From: Nannocystis bainbridge
Lineage (GTDB): Bacteria; Myxococcota_A; Polyangia; Nannocystales; Nannocystaceae
NCBI RefSeq assembly: GCF_028368995.1
Contig: NZ_JAQNDL010000003.1
Span: 1-64,000, forward strand
DNA length: 64,000 nucleotides
Reading direction: 5' to 3'
How positions within the stretch are numbered: position 1 is the first letter of the stretch; each line of letters begins with the position of its first letter. A program made the translations under genes and the position numbers. Below the pieces are notes generated by a model, which saw only the letters and a list, made by a program, of their open reading frames with translations, had not been told where the DNA came from and ran no database searches. Shown in pieces: positions 39,430 through 50,900 of the stretch.

Positions 39430-40638
39430 ATGGAGCCCGAGTACCCGATCCTCTCCGAGGCCTTCTTCGCCGATCCCTATCCGCTGCTCCGCCAGCTCCG
39501 CGAAGAGTGCCCCGTCTATTATCATGCCCCGCTCGGCGCGTGGTTCCTCGCCCGCCACGACCACTGCGAGATGGCGGTCCGCGATCGTCGTCTGAGCAAT
39601 GCTCGCGCCCGCGAGCTGCTTTCGACGCTGATGCCGACGCTGCGCGGGACCGGCGAGCTCGAGGCGATGATCGGCCAGTGGTCGCGCCTGTTGTGGTTCC
39701 TCGATCCGCCGAAGCACACGCGCAGCCGCGGGCTGGTGATGCGGGGCTTCAGCGCCGCGGCGATCGAGCGCGTGCGCGGCGAGGTGCGCGCCAGCGTCGA
39801 ACAAGCGCTGGCGAACGTCGCCGGCGGCGGCGAGATCGACGTGGTGTGGCAATTGGCCGACCCGGTCGCGCTCGACGTCCTCTGCGCGATCTTCGGCCTC
39901 CCGCACGACCAGCGGGCCGAGTTTCGCCGCTGGACCACCGACATCATGCAGGCCGCCGGCGCCGGCGCCATGGACGAAGATCCGGCGATGCGGGCCAAGG
40001 AGTCCTCCTTCAAGCTGTTCGGCCTGCTCTCGGCGATCGTGCACGAGCGGTGCGCGCGGCCGGGCGACGACATGATCAGCCGCTTCCTCGGCGACGAGCG
40101 CGGCGATCCGGCGGTGATCGAGGAGGTCACGATCCAGTGCTTCCAGATGGTCGGCGCCGGCTACGTCACCTCGCGCAACCAGATCGCCTGCGCCGTGCTG
40201 GCCCTGCTCGAGCACCCGGACGAGCTCGCCCGCCTGCGCACCGACCCGCGCCTGCTGGTCCCGGCGATCGAGGAGCTGCTGCGCTTCGCGCCCTCGGTGC
40301 TGACCACCAACCGGCTCGCCGCCGAGGACCTCGAGATCGGCGGCAAGCAGATCCGCCAGGGTCAGCTGGTGTTCCCGATCCTCGCCTCCGCCAACCGCGA
40401 TCCCGCCGCCTACGTCGAGCCCGACCGCCTCGACCTCGCCCGCGGCGGCCGGCCGATGACCTTCAGCGTCGGCCCTCACTATTGCCCGGGCGGCCCGCTG
40501 GCGCGGCTCGAGCTCGAGGAGGCGCTGGCGGGCCTGCTGCGATTCTCGTCGTGGCAGCAGCTCGGCGATTTCGACTACCGCGGCGCCAGCCTGCAGGACC
40601 GCGGCCCCTCCCAGCTGCGCGTGCAGCTCGGGGTCTGA
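39430..40638 (+). CDS. cytochrome P450
   Basis: DPPKHTR, EELLR, ANRDP, FSVGPHYCPG. Confidence 0.95.
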   Translation: MEPEYPILSEAFFADPYPLLRQLREECPVYYHAPLGAWFLARHDHCEMAVRDRRLSNARARELLSTLMPTLRGTGELEAMIGQWSRLLWFLDPPKHTRSRGLVMRGFSAAAIERVRGEVRASVEQALANVAGGGEIDVVWQLADPVALDVLCAIFGLPHDQRAEFRRWTTDIMQAAGAGAMDEDPAMRAKESSFKLFGLLSAIVHERCARPGDDMISRFLGDERGDPAVIEEVTIQCFQMVGAGYVTSRNQIACAVLALLEHPDELARLRTDPRLLVPAIEELLRFAPSVLTTNRLAAEDLEIGGKQIRQGQLVFPILASANRDPAAYVEPDRLDLARGGRPMTFSVGPHYCPGGPLARLELEEALAGLLRFSSWQQLGDFDYRGASLQDRGPSQLRVQLGV

Positions 40639-40758
40639 CCGCGGCCGCGTCCGCTCCGCGTCCCGCGCCAATCGCGGCCCGCGCCACCGCCGGCGCCGCG
40701 TGCCGCGATTGGCGTGCCTGCGGCTGGGCGAGCGGCTCGCCCTCCCTACACTGATCGC

Positions 40759-41073
40759 ATGCGCAACGACAACCCGAAGCTCGCCCCGCGCGAGCCCGAC
40801 GCCCCTTCCAACCTCGAGAAGGACCCCGACGATTGGGTCACCGGCGACGAGCGGATGACCGACGCCCAGGCCTCGTACCTCAAGACCCTCTCCGAGGAGG
40901 CCCACGAGGAGTTCGACCCGACGCTGACCAAGGCCGAGGCTTCGAAGCGGATCGACGCGCTGCAGCATGTCACCGGCCGCGGCCGCCACGACGACGCCGC
41001 CGACGCCCCGGCCAGGCCGCCGACGCGCGGCCGGCCCGAGGCGGACGACAGCCCCGAAGACCTCGACGAATGA
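40759..41073 (+). CDS. DUF3072-like small protein
   Basis: KDPDDWVTGDERMTDAQASYLKTL, LTKAEASKRID. Confidence 0.85.
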   Translation: MRNDNPKLAPREPDAPSNLEKDPDDWVTGDERMTDAQASYLKTLSEEAHEEFDPTLTKAEASKRIDALQHVTGRGRHDDAADAPARPPTRGRPEADDSPEDLDE

Positions 41074-41141
41074 CGCACGGCGCCGGCGCGATCACCTGAG
41101 CCTGCATGCGCCGGCGATCGCCTCGCCTCACAATCGGTCCC

Positions 41142-41351
41142 ATGACCGCCGCCAGGAAGATCCACGGCCCGCACGATCCGTCCAGGATCGACCTCGACCA
41201 CGACTGGGAGCTCGACTACTGGACCCGCGAGCTCGGCGTCACCGAGCTCGAGCTGCGCGCGGCGATCCGCTCGGTCGGCAGCGACGACACCGAGCGGGTC
41301 CGCAAGCACCTCATGGGCGCGCGCCCCGGGCAGATCGTCGACCGCGGCTGA
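41142..41351 (+). CDS. DUF3606-like small protein
   Basis: DPSRIDL..DWELDYWTRELGV...LRAAI..VG. Confidence 0.8.
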   Translation: MTAARKIHGPHDPSRIDLDHDWELDYWTRELGVTELELRAAIRSVGSDDTERVRKHLMGARPGQIVDRG

Positions 41352-41442
41352 CGACCTGCGCCTTCGGCCAGATCGACGGGCCGGCGCTCCGGGCGTTTGT
41401 CGCTCGCGCCGCGAGGTCGGGTCCGCTAGCATCCGCGCCCCC

Positions 41443-41889
41443 ATGGACCTCGCCGCCGAGTTCATCAAGCACTTCCCGATCGCCTCTGGCCGGTTCTCCC
41501 TCGAGCTGGTCCCCGACACCGTCGTCGAGGCGCAGCCCGACGGCTGGAGGACGCCGATCCGCCTGTTCTTGTGGGACACGCTCGACGACGGCAAGCGGGC
41601 CATCCGCGACATCCGCGAGCAGGAGGTGCAATGGCTGCCCGCCGAGGCCGCCGACGATCCGCGGGTCGCCGCCTACCTCGAGGGCTGGGCCGCGGCCGTG
41701 CGCGCCATCTTCGAGCGCCACGAGGAGCGGCTGGCCGCCGGCGCGGAGATCGACAAGAGCAACTACTTCGACCTCCCGGCGGACCTGGTCTGCCCCGAGG
41801 TCCTGCAGCTGCGCCGGCCGCAGACCGCCGACGAGTTCACCGAGACGCTGCTCGCCAGCAAGCAGCGCCTCGGCCGGTTTCTGCCGTAG
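41443..41889 (+). CDS. hypothetical protein
   Basis: Globular composition, typical codon usage. Confidence 0.7.
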   Translation: MDLAAEFIKHFPIASGRFSLELVPDTVVEAQPDGWRTPIRLFLWDTLDDGKRAIRDIREQEVQWLPAEAADDPRVAAYLEGWAAAVRAIFERHEERLAAGAEIDKSNYFDLPADLVCPEVLQLRRPQTADEFTETLLASKQRLGRFLP

Positions 41890-41900
41890 CGGCGCGCGCC

Positions 41901-43031
41901 TCAGCGCCCGTCGGGGTTCGATTCGCTGCAGTAGCGCAGGGCGTCCTGCAGCGAGCGCAGCGTGTGAAGCCGGCTGAGGTCGAGGCCGAGCTCGGCCATG
42001 ATTCGGGCGATCGGCGGGCGGATGCCGGTGATGATCGCCTGGGCGCCGAGCAGGCGCACGCTGTGGATGATGCGCACCAGGTGCTCGGCCGAGGTCGGGT
42101 CCACCGTGTCGACGCCGGTCAGGTCGAGGATGGCGAAGCGGGCCCGCTTGCTCGCGATCGCCTGGAGCAGCTCGTGAAGGATGCTGGTCGCCCGCTGCTC
42201 GTCGAGCGAGCCGACCAGCGGGACCGCCAGCGCGTCGTGCCCGACCTCGATGATCGGGCTCGACAGGCGCACGATGGCCTCCTTCTGCTCCTGAATGATG
42301 CGCACCTGCGAGCGCAGCAGCTCCTCGGTGCGCCGACGCTCGGTGATGTCGGAGGCGATGCAATAGGCCCCGGCGTTGTTGCCGTGGGCGTCGCGGCGCG
42401 GCAGCGTGATCTGGCTGTAGAGCGACTCGCCGAAGCCGAACTCGATCACGCGCGTCTCGCCGCGGAAGGCCGCGCTCATGGCCAGGCCGATGTCGGGGAT
42501 GAGGGTGTTGTAGGCTTCGAACACGTTGACGCCGACGTTCTGCCCCGGTTTGAGGCCGATCTGCGCCAGCAGGCCGCCCTCGGAGACCTCGCAGACGCCG
42601 CGGGTGTCGACCGCGAACACGTTGGTCGGGACGTTGTTGACCAGCTCGCGCAGCAGCTCGGCCTGACGCACGGTGGTGAGGTCGCGGGTGACGTCGAGGG
42701 CGAGCATCGCGGCGCCGACGATCGCGCCGTCCGGTCCGCGCAGCGGGTAGAACGAATGCAGCCAGTACGCCTGGCCGTGGACGCTCTCGACCCGCACTTG
42801 CTCGCCCTGAAGGCTGCGGCGGAAATGCTCGAGCACGCCGGGTTGCCCGGCGAACGCCTGCGCCAGCGAGGCGCCGACGGTCGCGGTCGCGGCGACCCCC
42901 ATGGCCTCGAGCCCCCTGCCCTCGGCCAGCGTCAACACCTCGCCGGCGTCGATGCCGATCAGCGTCGTGCTCTCGGACTCGAGCAGCCCGGTCAGGACCT
43001 GAAACTTGAGAGCAGGATCTGCGGTCGCCAT
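41901..43031 (-). CDS. PAS-PAS-STAS protein (RsbR-like)
   Basis: Two PAS/PAC (LDVT, SDITER); LSSPII, PLVGSLD, ILDLTGV, TGIRP. Confidence 0.9.
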   Translation of the reverse strand: MATADPALKFQVLTGLLESESTTLIGIDAGEVLTLAEGRGLEAMGVAATATVGASLAQAFAGQPGVLEHFRRSLQGEQVRVESVHGQAYWLHSFYPLRGPDGAIVGAAMLALDVTRDLTTVRQAELLRELVNNVPTNVFAVDTRGVCEVSEGGLLAQIGLKPGQNVGVNVFEAYNTLIPDIGLAMSAAFRGETRVIEFGFGESLYSQITLPRRDAHGNNAGAYCIASDITERRRTEELLRSQVRIIQEQKEAIVRLSSPIIEVGHDALAVPLVGSLDEQRATSILHELLQAIASKRARFAILDLTGVDTVDPTSAEHLVRIIHSVRLLGAQAIITGIRPPIARIMAELGLDLSRLHTLRSLQDALRYCSESNPDGR

Positions 43032-43240
43032 CGGGCCGCACTATATCGGAGCGGCGGCGCGACTGCACCGACCTCTACCGGTCGGAACAGCGACTCGCGC
43101 CCGTGCGGCCGGCCATGCGCGATTCCGGGACCCGCCGGCAATGGCGTGACCCGGGACCCCACGAGGCTCGATTCAGCGCAGAACCGAGCCTCGTGCGATA
43201 CGGCGCAGCCGGAGCGTCTTCATCCGGCGGCGCCCGTCGA

Positions 43241-45973
43241 TCACCAGAAGCACCACTCGACCTCGTCGCCGTTGAGCGTGCCGTCGAGGTCGCGGTCGAG
43301 CGCCACCCGCTGGCCCGAGCCGCGCGGGACGCAGGTGAAGGTCAGCTCCTGCTGGGGGAGCAGCGCGCGGGCCCGCAGCTGCGCCTCGGTGAGCGCCGGC
43401 TTGAGCCGCTGGTCCTGCACGAACGCGGTGCCGTTCCACAGGTAGCCGCGCCGCTCACCCAGGTACGAGCCGTGGGCCACCAGGTCGCAGTCGCCGGCGC
43501 TCGCGCGGGCCCGCAGCAGCGTGATCCGCGACGAGACGACGGTGCTGTTGCTGCTGGTGAGGGTGATCTGCTGGCCGACGCTCGGGGCCATGTTGGAGTC
43601 GAAGGCGAGCACGAACGCCTCGACCTGGCGCCGCTCGGTCGGGGTGTCGGACTCGAGCCCGCCGGGGTTGAAGATCGGGTCCTCGACGAAGCCGATCTGG
43701 CTGAGGAAGCCGAACACCGAGTCCATCGAGCCCTCGTGGGTGTAGCCGAAGCCGCGAATCTGGTCGCCGAGGAAGCTGTCGTCCTCCTGGGGGTTGATGG
43801 AGGTGTTGCGCGGCAGGCCGAACTTGCCGATCTTCGTATAGGCGTTGCGCAGGTGCGGGACCTTCATGGTCTGCACGAACTCGGTGCCGACGTACGAGCC
43901 GTCGGAGCCGAAGAAGCCCGGGCGTTCGACGCCGTACTGGGCGTTGCCGGCCGGATCGAGCACGTGACAGAAATTGCAGGTCATGCCGAGCGTGGCCGGC
44001 TTGTTCATGTATAGGTCGCGACCGGCGGCCTGGAACGGGGTCAGCGAGTTGTCGAGGTTGCGCACCGGGTTCGGCGGGTAGGTCAGCTGCATCGCGAAGT
44101 CGGTGAACTTCTGCATGTCGGTCGCGGGGATCTCCTGCGTCCGGCCCATGACCTCGACGAACGTCTTGTTGAACTGCTTGAACGCGGTGAGCTCGTCGAA
44201 CGAACCCTGGTTCGGCTGCGCGTTCGGCGGGAAGTTCGGGCTGGTCTTGTCGCCGCGCCAGTGCATCGCGCCATGGTTGGCCATGCCGCGCAGGCTCTGG
44301 GTCGTCATCGGCCCCTTCATCGGGTGGAAATCGATCGGGAAGTCGGGCAGGAAGATGGTCTTGAACGGCCCGGGCGCGATGGTGACGTCGCCGTCGGGGT
44401 TGCCGAGGTCCCACGCCAGGTGGTCGACGTCGCCGTACACGTGACAGCTCGCGCAGGCCGAGTCGCCGCGGCCCGAGGTGTAGGTCGCGTCGTAAAGGAA
44501 GCGGCGGCCCTCGGTCACGCTCGCCGGCTCCGGGTTGTGCATCGCCAGGTGCTGGATCTCGTCGCCGTCGTCGGTGTCGATGATCGAGACCGCGTTGTCG
44601 AAGCGGGTCATCACATACAGACGGTCGCGTGACTCGTCGAGCAGCACCGCCGTCGGTCCGCCGCCGGCGACCTGGATCTGCTCACACGGGTCGGGCCAGA
44701 AGGTGTTGTTCTCGAGCGCGGCGGTGTCGTACACGCCGATCTTGTCGGACCCGAGGGCGGCGACGTAGAGGGTGTTGCCGTCGGCCGAGATGGCCATGCC
44801 CTGCGGCAGCGCGAGGCTGAGCTCGGCGTCCTCGTTCGGCAGCGGCTGGAACGGCGCCTCGAAGTCGAGGTGCGGGTTCAGGTGGCGGGTCGTGACCGTG
44901 TTGCCCTGCGGGTTCAGGATCGAGATGTTGTTCTCGGCGAAGTGGCCGTTGACATTGGTCTCGGCGAACACGCCCGGCCCCGCGAAGCGGACCTCGTTGC
45001 GCGCGGAGGTGTTGCTGACGTAGATCTTCCCACTCACCGGGTTGACGATCATGTTGTAGAGGATGGCGCCGACGCCGGTGTAGAAGCCGGCGGCCCCGGT
45101 GACCTGCGTCGGGGTCGCGGCGTTGGCGTCGATGACGAACACGTCCTTGTCGGGCAGGCTGAACTTGACGTCCTCGTCCCACTGGACGCCGCGCTCGTCG
45201 ACCCAGTGCTGCCCGTCGTACTTGACGATCAGCGGGTTGCCCGGCGCGGCGACGCCGGCGTGGTTGGTGTTCGGCTCCGGGGTGTCGCCGCCGACCAGCA
45301 CCGAGTCGATCGTGGTCGTGCGATTGCCGGAGAAGTGCGCGGCCGCGTACACCTTCGAGCCGTCGGGGGACGTCGCCAGCGCCCGCGGGGTGTCGGCGAA
45401 CAGGGTGATGACCGTCTTGGGCGTGCCGCCGGCGCTCGCGCCGAGGTTGTTCGCGTCGAACACCCAGACATCGGCCCGGCCGACGCTCGGGGTCGTCAGC
45501 TGCGGGTCGAAGCCGATGTTCTGCCCCCGGTGGGCGGTGGTGATGAACGCCCGGTTCTTGCCCGGGCCGGCGAACACGATGTCGCGCGGCTCGTCGCCGA
45601 CCAGGAGCGTCCGCGTGACGCGATTGGCGGCGGCGGTGCCGACATAGACGACACTGACACTGTCCGACACGTGATTGACGACCCACACCTCGGTGTTGCT
45701 GCGGGCCGCCACGGCGACCGGCTCGACGCCGACGGGGATCGAGGTCCGGTGCGACAGGCCCCACCAGGTCACGTCGTAGACCTCGAGCTGACCGTCGGGC
45801 GTGTTGACCGCGAATAACGTCTTCTTGTCGGGCGAGAGGGCAAGCGGACGGACCTGTCCGCTTTCGAACAGGGTGTACGAAGGAGGAGCCGTCGCCCCTG
45901 CCGTCCCCGCCGTCCCCAACATCAACCCGAGACCTACCGACCACGAAAGTACGCGCACGCCTATCGAGAGCAT
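43241..45973 (-). CDS. secreted YVTN/YncE beta-propeller fused to a diheme cytochrome c domain
   Basis: Signal peptide, propeller repeats, CASCH and CNFCH, KVPHLRN. Confidence 0.88.
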   Translation of the reverse strand: MLSIGVRVLSWSVGLGLMLGTAGTAGATAPPSYTLFESGQVRPLALSPDKKTLFAVNTPDGQLEVYDVTWWGLSHRTSIPVGVEPVAVAARSNTEVWVVNHVSDSVSVVYVGTAAANRVTRTLLVGDEPRDIVFAGPGKNRAFITTAHRGQNIGFDPQLTTPSVGRADVWVFDANNLGASAGGTPKTVITLFADTPRALATSPDGSKVYAAAHFSGNRTTTIDSVLVGGDTPEPNTNHAGVAAPGNPLIVKYDGQHWVDERGVQWDEDVKFSLPDKDVFVIDANAATPTQVTGAAGFYTGVGAILYNMIVNPVSGKIYVSNTSARNEVRFAGPGVFAETNVNGHFAENNISILNPQGNTVTTRHLNPHLDFEAPFQPLPNEDAELSLALPQGMAISADGNTLYVAALGSDKIGVYDTAALENNTFWPDPCEQIQVAGGGPTAVLLDESRDRLYVMTRFDNAVSIIDTDDGDEIQHLAMHNPEPASVTEGRRFLYDATYTSGRGDSACASCHVYGDVDHLAWDLGNPDGDVTIAPGPFKTIFLPDFPIDFHPMKGPMTTQSLRGMANHGAMHWRGDKTSPNFPPNAQPNQGSFDELTAFKQFNKTFVEVMGRTQEIPATDMQKFTDFAMQLTYPPNPVRNLDNSLTPFQAAGRDLYMNKPATLGMTCNFCHVLDPAGNAQYGVERPGFFGSDGSYVGTEFVQTMKVPHLRNAYTKIGKFGLPRNTSINPQEDDSFLGDQIRGFGYTHEGSMDSVFGFLSQIGFVEDPIFNPGGLESDTPTERRQVEAFVLAFDSNMAPSVGQQITLTSSNSTVVSSRITLLRARASAGDCDLVAHGSYLGERRGYLWNGTAFVQDQRLKPALTEAQLRARALLPQQELTFTCVPRGSGQRVALDRDLDGTLNGDEVEWCFW

Positions 45974-46321
45974 CCCCACCTCCAACTGCACAGAGCCGAT
46001 TTTCAACGATCGTCCCCCCCCAGGGTCCGATCCCATTGTCGCGTGTCCGTCAGACCGTGCCGCGCACGGCGCCGACGTATTAGTGCATGTTAGCAGGTCA
46101 ACAGATCCTAGGGCTACGATTAATTCATGGATTTAAATCGTGGCCGCTCTCGGGTCTCGATGTCCCACCGCACCCGACTCGGCTCTCGGGGGCCGAAGGC
46201 CGCGCGGGTGGCTGTATGTACAATCGCCACAGCGAAGACCGCGCGTCTCGACAATTGCCGAACCCCGCCGAGCGAGGCTGCGGCGGGGTGTCGCGGGGGG
46301 CGGCCGGGCGGCGAGCGGCCG

Positions 46322-47569
46322 TCAGGCGGAGGTCATCGTGATCGGCAGCGACTTGAAGCCGCGGACCATCATGCTCGGCAACCATTCGAGCGGCGCGTCG
46401 CTGGCGAGGCGCAGGTCGGAGAAGGTCCGGAGCAGCGTTTGAATGGCCAGACGTCCCTCGAGCCGCGACAGCGCCGCGCCCGGGCAAGTGTGGATACCAG
46501 AACTGAAGGACAGGTGACGTACGTCCTGGCGCTCGATGTCGAACCGGTCGGGATCGGGGAATCGATGACCGTCTCGGTTCGCGGAGCAGAGGACGCTCAG
46601 CACATAGTCGCCGGCGGGGATCCGGCCCCCCGGCAGATCGGTGATGTCCACGAGCGCGCGGCGGAAGGTGCCGAACGTCGGGCCGTCGAACCGCATCAGC
46701 TCCTCGAGCGCGTTGTCGAGGAGGCGCGGCTCCTGGCGCAGGCGCTGCGCCTGCTCGGGCCGGCGCACGAGGATGTTGACCGCGTTGGCCACCATGTACA
46801 GCGTCGTCTCCTGGCTGGCCAGGAACAGGGTCACGCACATCGCCACGAGCTCGGTGTCGGTCATGCCGACGCCGTCGACGCGCGCCTCGACCAGCTTGCT
46901 CAGCAGGTCCTCGGTCGAGCGGCTGCGCCGCGCGGCGATGTGCGCGTTGAAGTATTCGTAGTAGCTCATGACGCCGCGGTACGCCGACTCGACAGCCTCG
47001 GCGGTGGCGATGCCCGCGCCGAACAGCGACATCACGATCAGCGCGTCCTCCCGCAGCCGCTCGCCGTCCTCGCGCGGGATGCCCATGAGCTCGCTGAACA
47101 CGATCATCGGCAGCTGCGCGGCGAAGTCGGCCACCACGTCCATGCGCCCGCGCGGGCGCACGGCCGCCAGCAATTCGTCGATCGCGTGCTGGATCCGCGG
47201 CCGCAGCCGCTCGACCGCCTGGACCGTGAACGCGCGGGAGATCAGCGCGCGCAGCCGCGTGTGGTTCGGCGGGTCCATGAACGCGACCCAGCTCGACACG
47301 AACGTGTTGAACACCTCGAGCTTGTCACGCACGCTCTCGGGCGCGCCGACGCCGTACTGTTCGACCTTCGAGTTGGAGAACTCCGACTTGCTGTCGCGTA
47401 GGACCCGCTGGACGTCGGCGTAGCGGGTGAGGACCCAGCTCTTGAGCAAGGGGTGCCAAAATACCGGCTCTTCCTCGCGCATGCGCGCCAGCGTCGGATA
47501 GGGGTCGGCGAAGAAAGCTGGGCTGAGAATGTCGAACTTGACGGGGGGCGCGGTCGGTTGATGAGACAT
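46322..47569 (-). CDS. cytochrome P450
   Basis: DPPNHTRLR, EELMR, ANRD, FSSGIHTCPG; ATG at 47569. Confidence 0.95.
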   Translation of the reverse strand: MSHQPTAPPVKFDILSPAFFADPYPTLARMREEEPVFWHPLLKSWVLTRYADVQRVLRDSKSEFSNSKVEQYGVGAPESVRDKLEVFNTFVSSWVAFMDPPNHTRLRALISRAFTVQAVERLRPRIQHAIDELLAAVRPRGRMDVVADFAAQLPMIVFSELMGIPREDGERLREDALIVMSLFGAGIATAEAVESAYRGVMSYYEYFNAHIAARRSRSTEDLLSKLVEARVDGVGMTDTELVAMCVTLFLASQETTLYMVANAVNILVRRPEQAQRLRQEPRLLDNALEELMRFDGPTFGTFRRALVDITDLPGGRIPAGDYVLSVLCSANRDGHRFPDPDRFDIERQDVRHLSFSSGIHTCPGAALSRLEGRLAIQTLLRTFSDLRLASDAPLEWLPSMMVRGFKSLPITMTSA

Positions 47570-47946
47570 CGGCGAGGGCTCCGAGGCCGTGGCGGCGACG
47601 GGGCGGCCGGGCCCGTCGACGGCGGTCGAGATGCTTGAGCATACATCGCCGCGCCACGGTGGAGAATGGGCGCTGGGGACCCTTCTGCGAGTGCCGTGGT
47701 GCGCGTGCGACTGGTGCATCGTCGAACGCGTGTGAACGCTGCGGATGGAGCAAGGCGCGGTTTCGTGCCGTTTGCGCGCCATGGCCCGCGGACGATTGTT
47801 CGTGCGTCATCGCCGCCAGGGCGGCAAGGGCCGACCTCGCCTGCGGGCGTGGCCCTGCGCGCCGCGCGAATGCAGGGGTGACGACAAGGACGCCGCCAGC
47901 GCGGCCAGACGGTATGATACGACGGTTCGGCTCAGCGACGCTCGAC

Positions 47947-50900
47947 ATGGACGCCTCTCCACGGTTCTCGCTCAAGCAACGGCTCCACGAGGGGCAGAAC
48001 TCGATCATCTTCCGCGGCGTCCGCGAAGACGAGCAGACCCCCGTCGTCATCAAGGTGCTGAAGGGCGAGTACCCCAGCCCCCGCGCATTGAGACAGTTGC
48101 GCCGCGAGTTCGTCACGCTGCGCGAGCTCGAGGTGCCGGGGGTCGTGCGCGTCTATTCGCTCGAGAACTACGGCAACGGGCTCGCGCTGGTGATGGAGGA
48201 CGACGGCGGCGTGCCGCTCAGCGACGTCATCCACGGCGAGGCGCTGCAGCTGCGGCGGGCGCTCGAGCTGGGCGTGGCGCTGGCCGACACCCTGGCGCGC
48301 CTGCACGCGCGGGCGATCATCCACAAGGACATCAAGCCGCACAACATCCTCGTCAATTCGACGACCGGCAGCGTCAAGCTGATCGACTTCGGCATCGCTA
48401 CCAACCTGGCCCATGAGACAGCCCAGGTCTCGAGCCCCGAGGCGCTCGAGGGCACGCTGATGTACATGTCGCCCGAGCAGAGCGGGCGGGTCAACCGGAT
48501 CGTCGACCAGCGCACCGACCTCTACTCGCTCGGCGTCACGCTCTACGAGATGCTGACGGGCGCGGTCCCGTTCAACGCCAACGACGCGATGGAGCTGGTC
48601 CACAGCCACATCGCCCGCACGCCGGTGCCGCCGTGGGTGCGCACGCCGACGGTCCCCCGCGCGGTCTCCGACATCGTCATGAAGCTGCTGGCCAAGGGGC
48701 CGGAGGACCGCTACCAGCACGCGCTCGGGCTGTCGGCCGACCTCGCCCGCTGCCTGGCGGCGCTCGACGAGACCGGCGAGATCGAGGCGTTCGAGCTCGG
48801 CCAGCGCGACCGCGCCGACGTGCTGCGCATCCCGCAGAAGCTGTACGGCCGCGAGGCCGACATCCGCGCCCTGACCGAGGCGTTCGGGCGGGTCCAGGAC
48901 GGCCGCCCCGAGCTGGTGCTGGTCGGCGGCGGCGCGGGCGTCGGCAAGTCGATGCTGGCCCACGAGGTCCACCGCGTGATCGCCCGCGGCGGCGGCCGCT
49001 TCGTCACCGGCAAGTTCGACCTGGTCCAGCGCAACATCCCGTTCAGCGCCCTGGCGGCGGCCCTGTCCGACCTGCTGCGCCAGCTGCTGACCGAGTCGTC
49101 GCGCACGCTGGCGGAGTGGCGCACGCGCATCCAGCTGGCCGTCGGCAGCAGCGGCCAGCTGGTCGTCGACCTCGTGCCCGAGCTCGAGCGGATCCTCGGC
49201 AAGCAGCCGCCGCTGCCGCCGCTGCGCCCGACCGAGTCGCAGAACCGCTTCGGCCTGGTGATGCAGAACTTCGTGCGCGCCCTGTGCCCGCGCACGTCGC
49301 CGCTGGTGATCTTCCTCGACGACCTGCAGTGGGCCGACGCCGGCTCTCTGTCGCTGCTGCGGCTCATCCTCACCGATCCCGACGGCGGCCACCTGCTGCT
49401 GGTCGGGGCCTATCGCGACGGCGAGGTGGACCTCGCCCACCCGCTGCGCGCGACGGTCACCCAGCTGCGCAAGGACGGCGTGGCCCTCACCGAGCTCGCG
49501 CTCGGCCCGCTCGACCGCGCCAGCGTGCGCGCGCTGCTGGCCGAGACGCTGCTCCGCGAGCGCCCCGGGTCGCCGCCGCCGCGCGAAGAGGTCGAGCGGC
49601 TCGAGAGCCTCGCCACGCTGGTGTTCGACAAGACCCACGGCAACCCGTTCTTCCTGACGCAGTTCCTGACGATGCTGCATCGGAACGGGCAGATCCGCTT
49701 CGACGCGACCACCGGCGGGTGGGCGTGGGACACGGCCGCGGTGGCCGCGGCCCCGATCACCGAGAACGTGGCCGAGCTGATGTCGGAGCGGCTGCGCGAG
49801 TTCCCGGGCGACACCCAGCGCCTGCTCGCCGTCGCCGCCTGCGTCGGCCACGAGTTCGACGTCGTGACCCTGGCGCGGATCGCCGAGCGCAGCACCGGCC
49901 GCGTCGCCGCCACGCTGTGGCCGGCGCTGCAGGCCGGCCTGGTCGTGCCGCTCGACTCCAACTACCGCCTGCTCGAGGCGATCGACGACGGCGCGCCCGA
50001 GGCGAATGAGACAGTGGAGCTGGTGGTCGCCTGCCGGTTCCTCCACGACCGCGTGCAGCAGGCCGCGCTGTCGCTCAGCACGCCCGAGGCGCTGCACGAG
50101 GTCCACCTGCGGATCGGTCGCAGCCTGCAGGCCGCCCACGTCGGCGAGCTCCGCGGCGACGCGCTGTTCGACGTGGTCCGCCACCTCAACGCCGGCGCGC
50201 CGCGCCTCGACGACCCCGGCGAGCGCCTGCATTTGGCCCGCGCCAACCTCGAGGCCGCGCGCGCGGCCAAGCGCGCCACCGCCTACGCCGCCGGCGCCGC
50301 GTTCGCCTCGGCCGGCATCGCGGTGCTGCCGACGGACGCGTGGGACTCGCAGTACGCGCTGACGCTCGCGCTGCACCGCGAGCAGGCCGAGTGCGACTAC
50401 ATGTGCGGCCGCGTCGACCGGGCCGACGCCAAGCTCGCGGACCTGATCGGTCGCGCCCGCTCGCCGGTCGAGCAGGCCGACCTGTTCGCCCTGCGGGTGA
50501 TGCTGCTGTCGTCGCAGGGCCGCTTCGCCGAGGGCCTGGCGGCCAGCCGCGTCGGTCTACAGCAGTTCGGCGAGCTGCTGCCGGAGACGCCCGAGGCGAC
50601 GATGGCGACCTTCGGCGCGGTCTACGGCGAGATCGAGGCGACGCTGGCCGGCCGCACGGTCGAGTCGCTGGCCGACGCGCCGGCGATGCGCGACCCGGCC
50701 CACAGCGCGGTGCTCCGCCTGCTCAACGAGGCGTTCGGCGCCGGCTTCGTGGTCGACGCCCGCCTCGGCTCGGTCGTCATCCTCAAGCACGTCCTGCTGT
50801 CGCTCACCCGCGGCCCGGGCGAGCTGTCGGCCTTCGGCTACGCGACCTTCGGCTACCTGCTGGTCGGCCCGCTCGGCCGCCCCGCCGACGCGCTGCGCTA

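Noticed and set aside
45854-45871. Palindrome site CTGTCC-GCTTTC-GAACAG
   Set aside because: Spacer is 6 bp, not 4; excluded from the motif set
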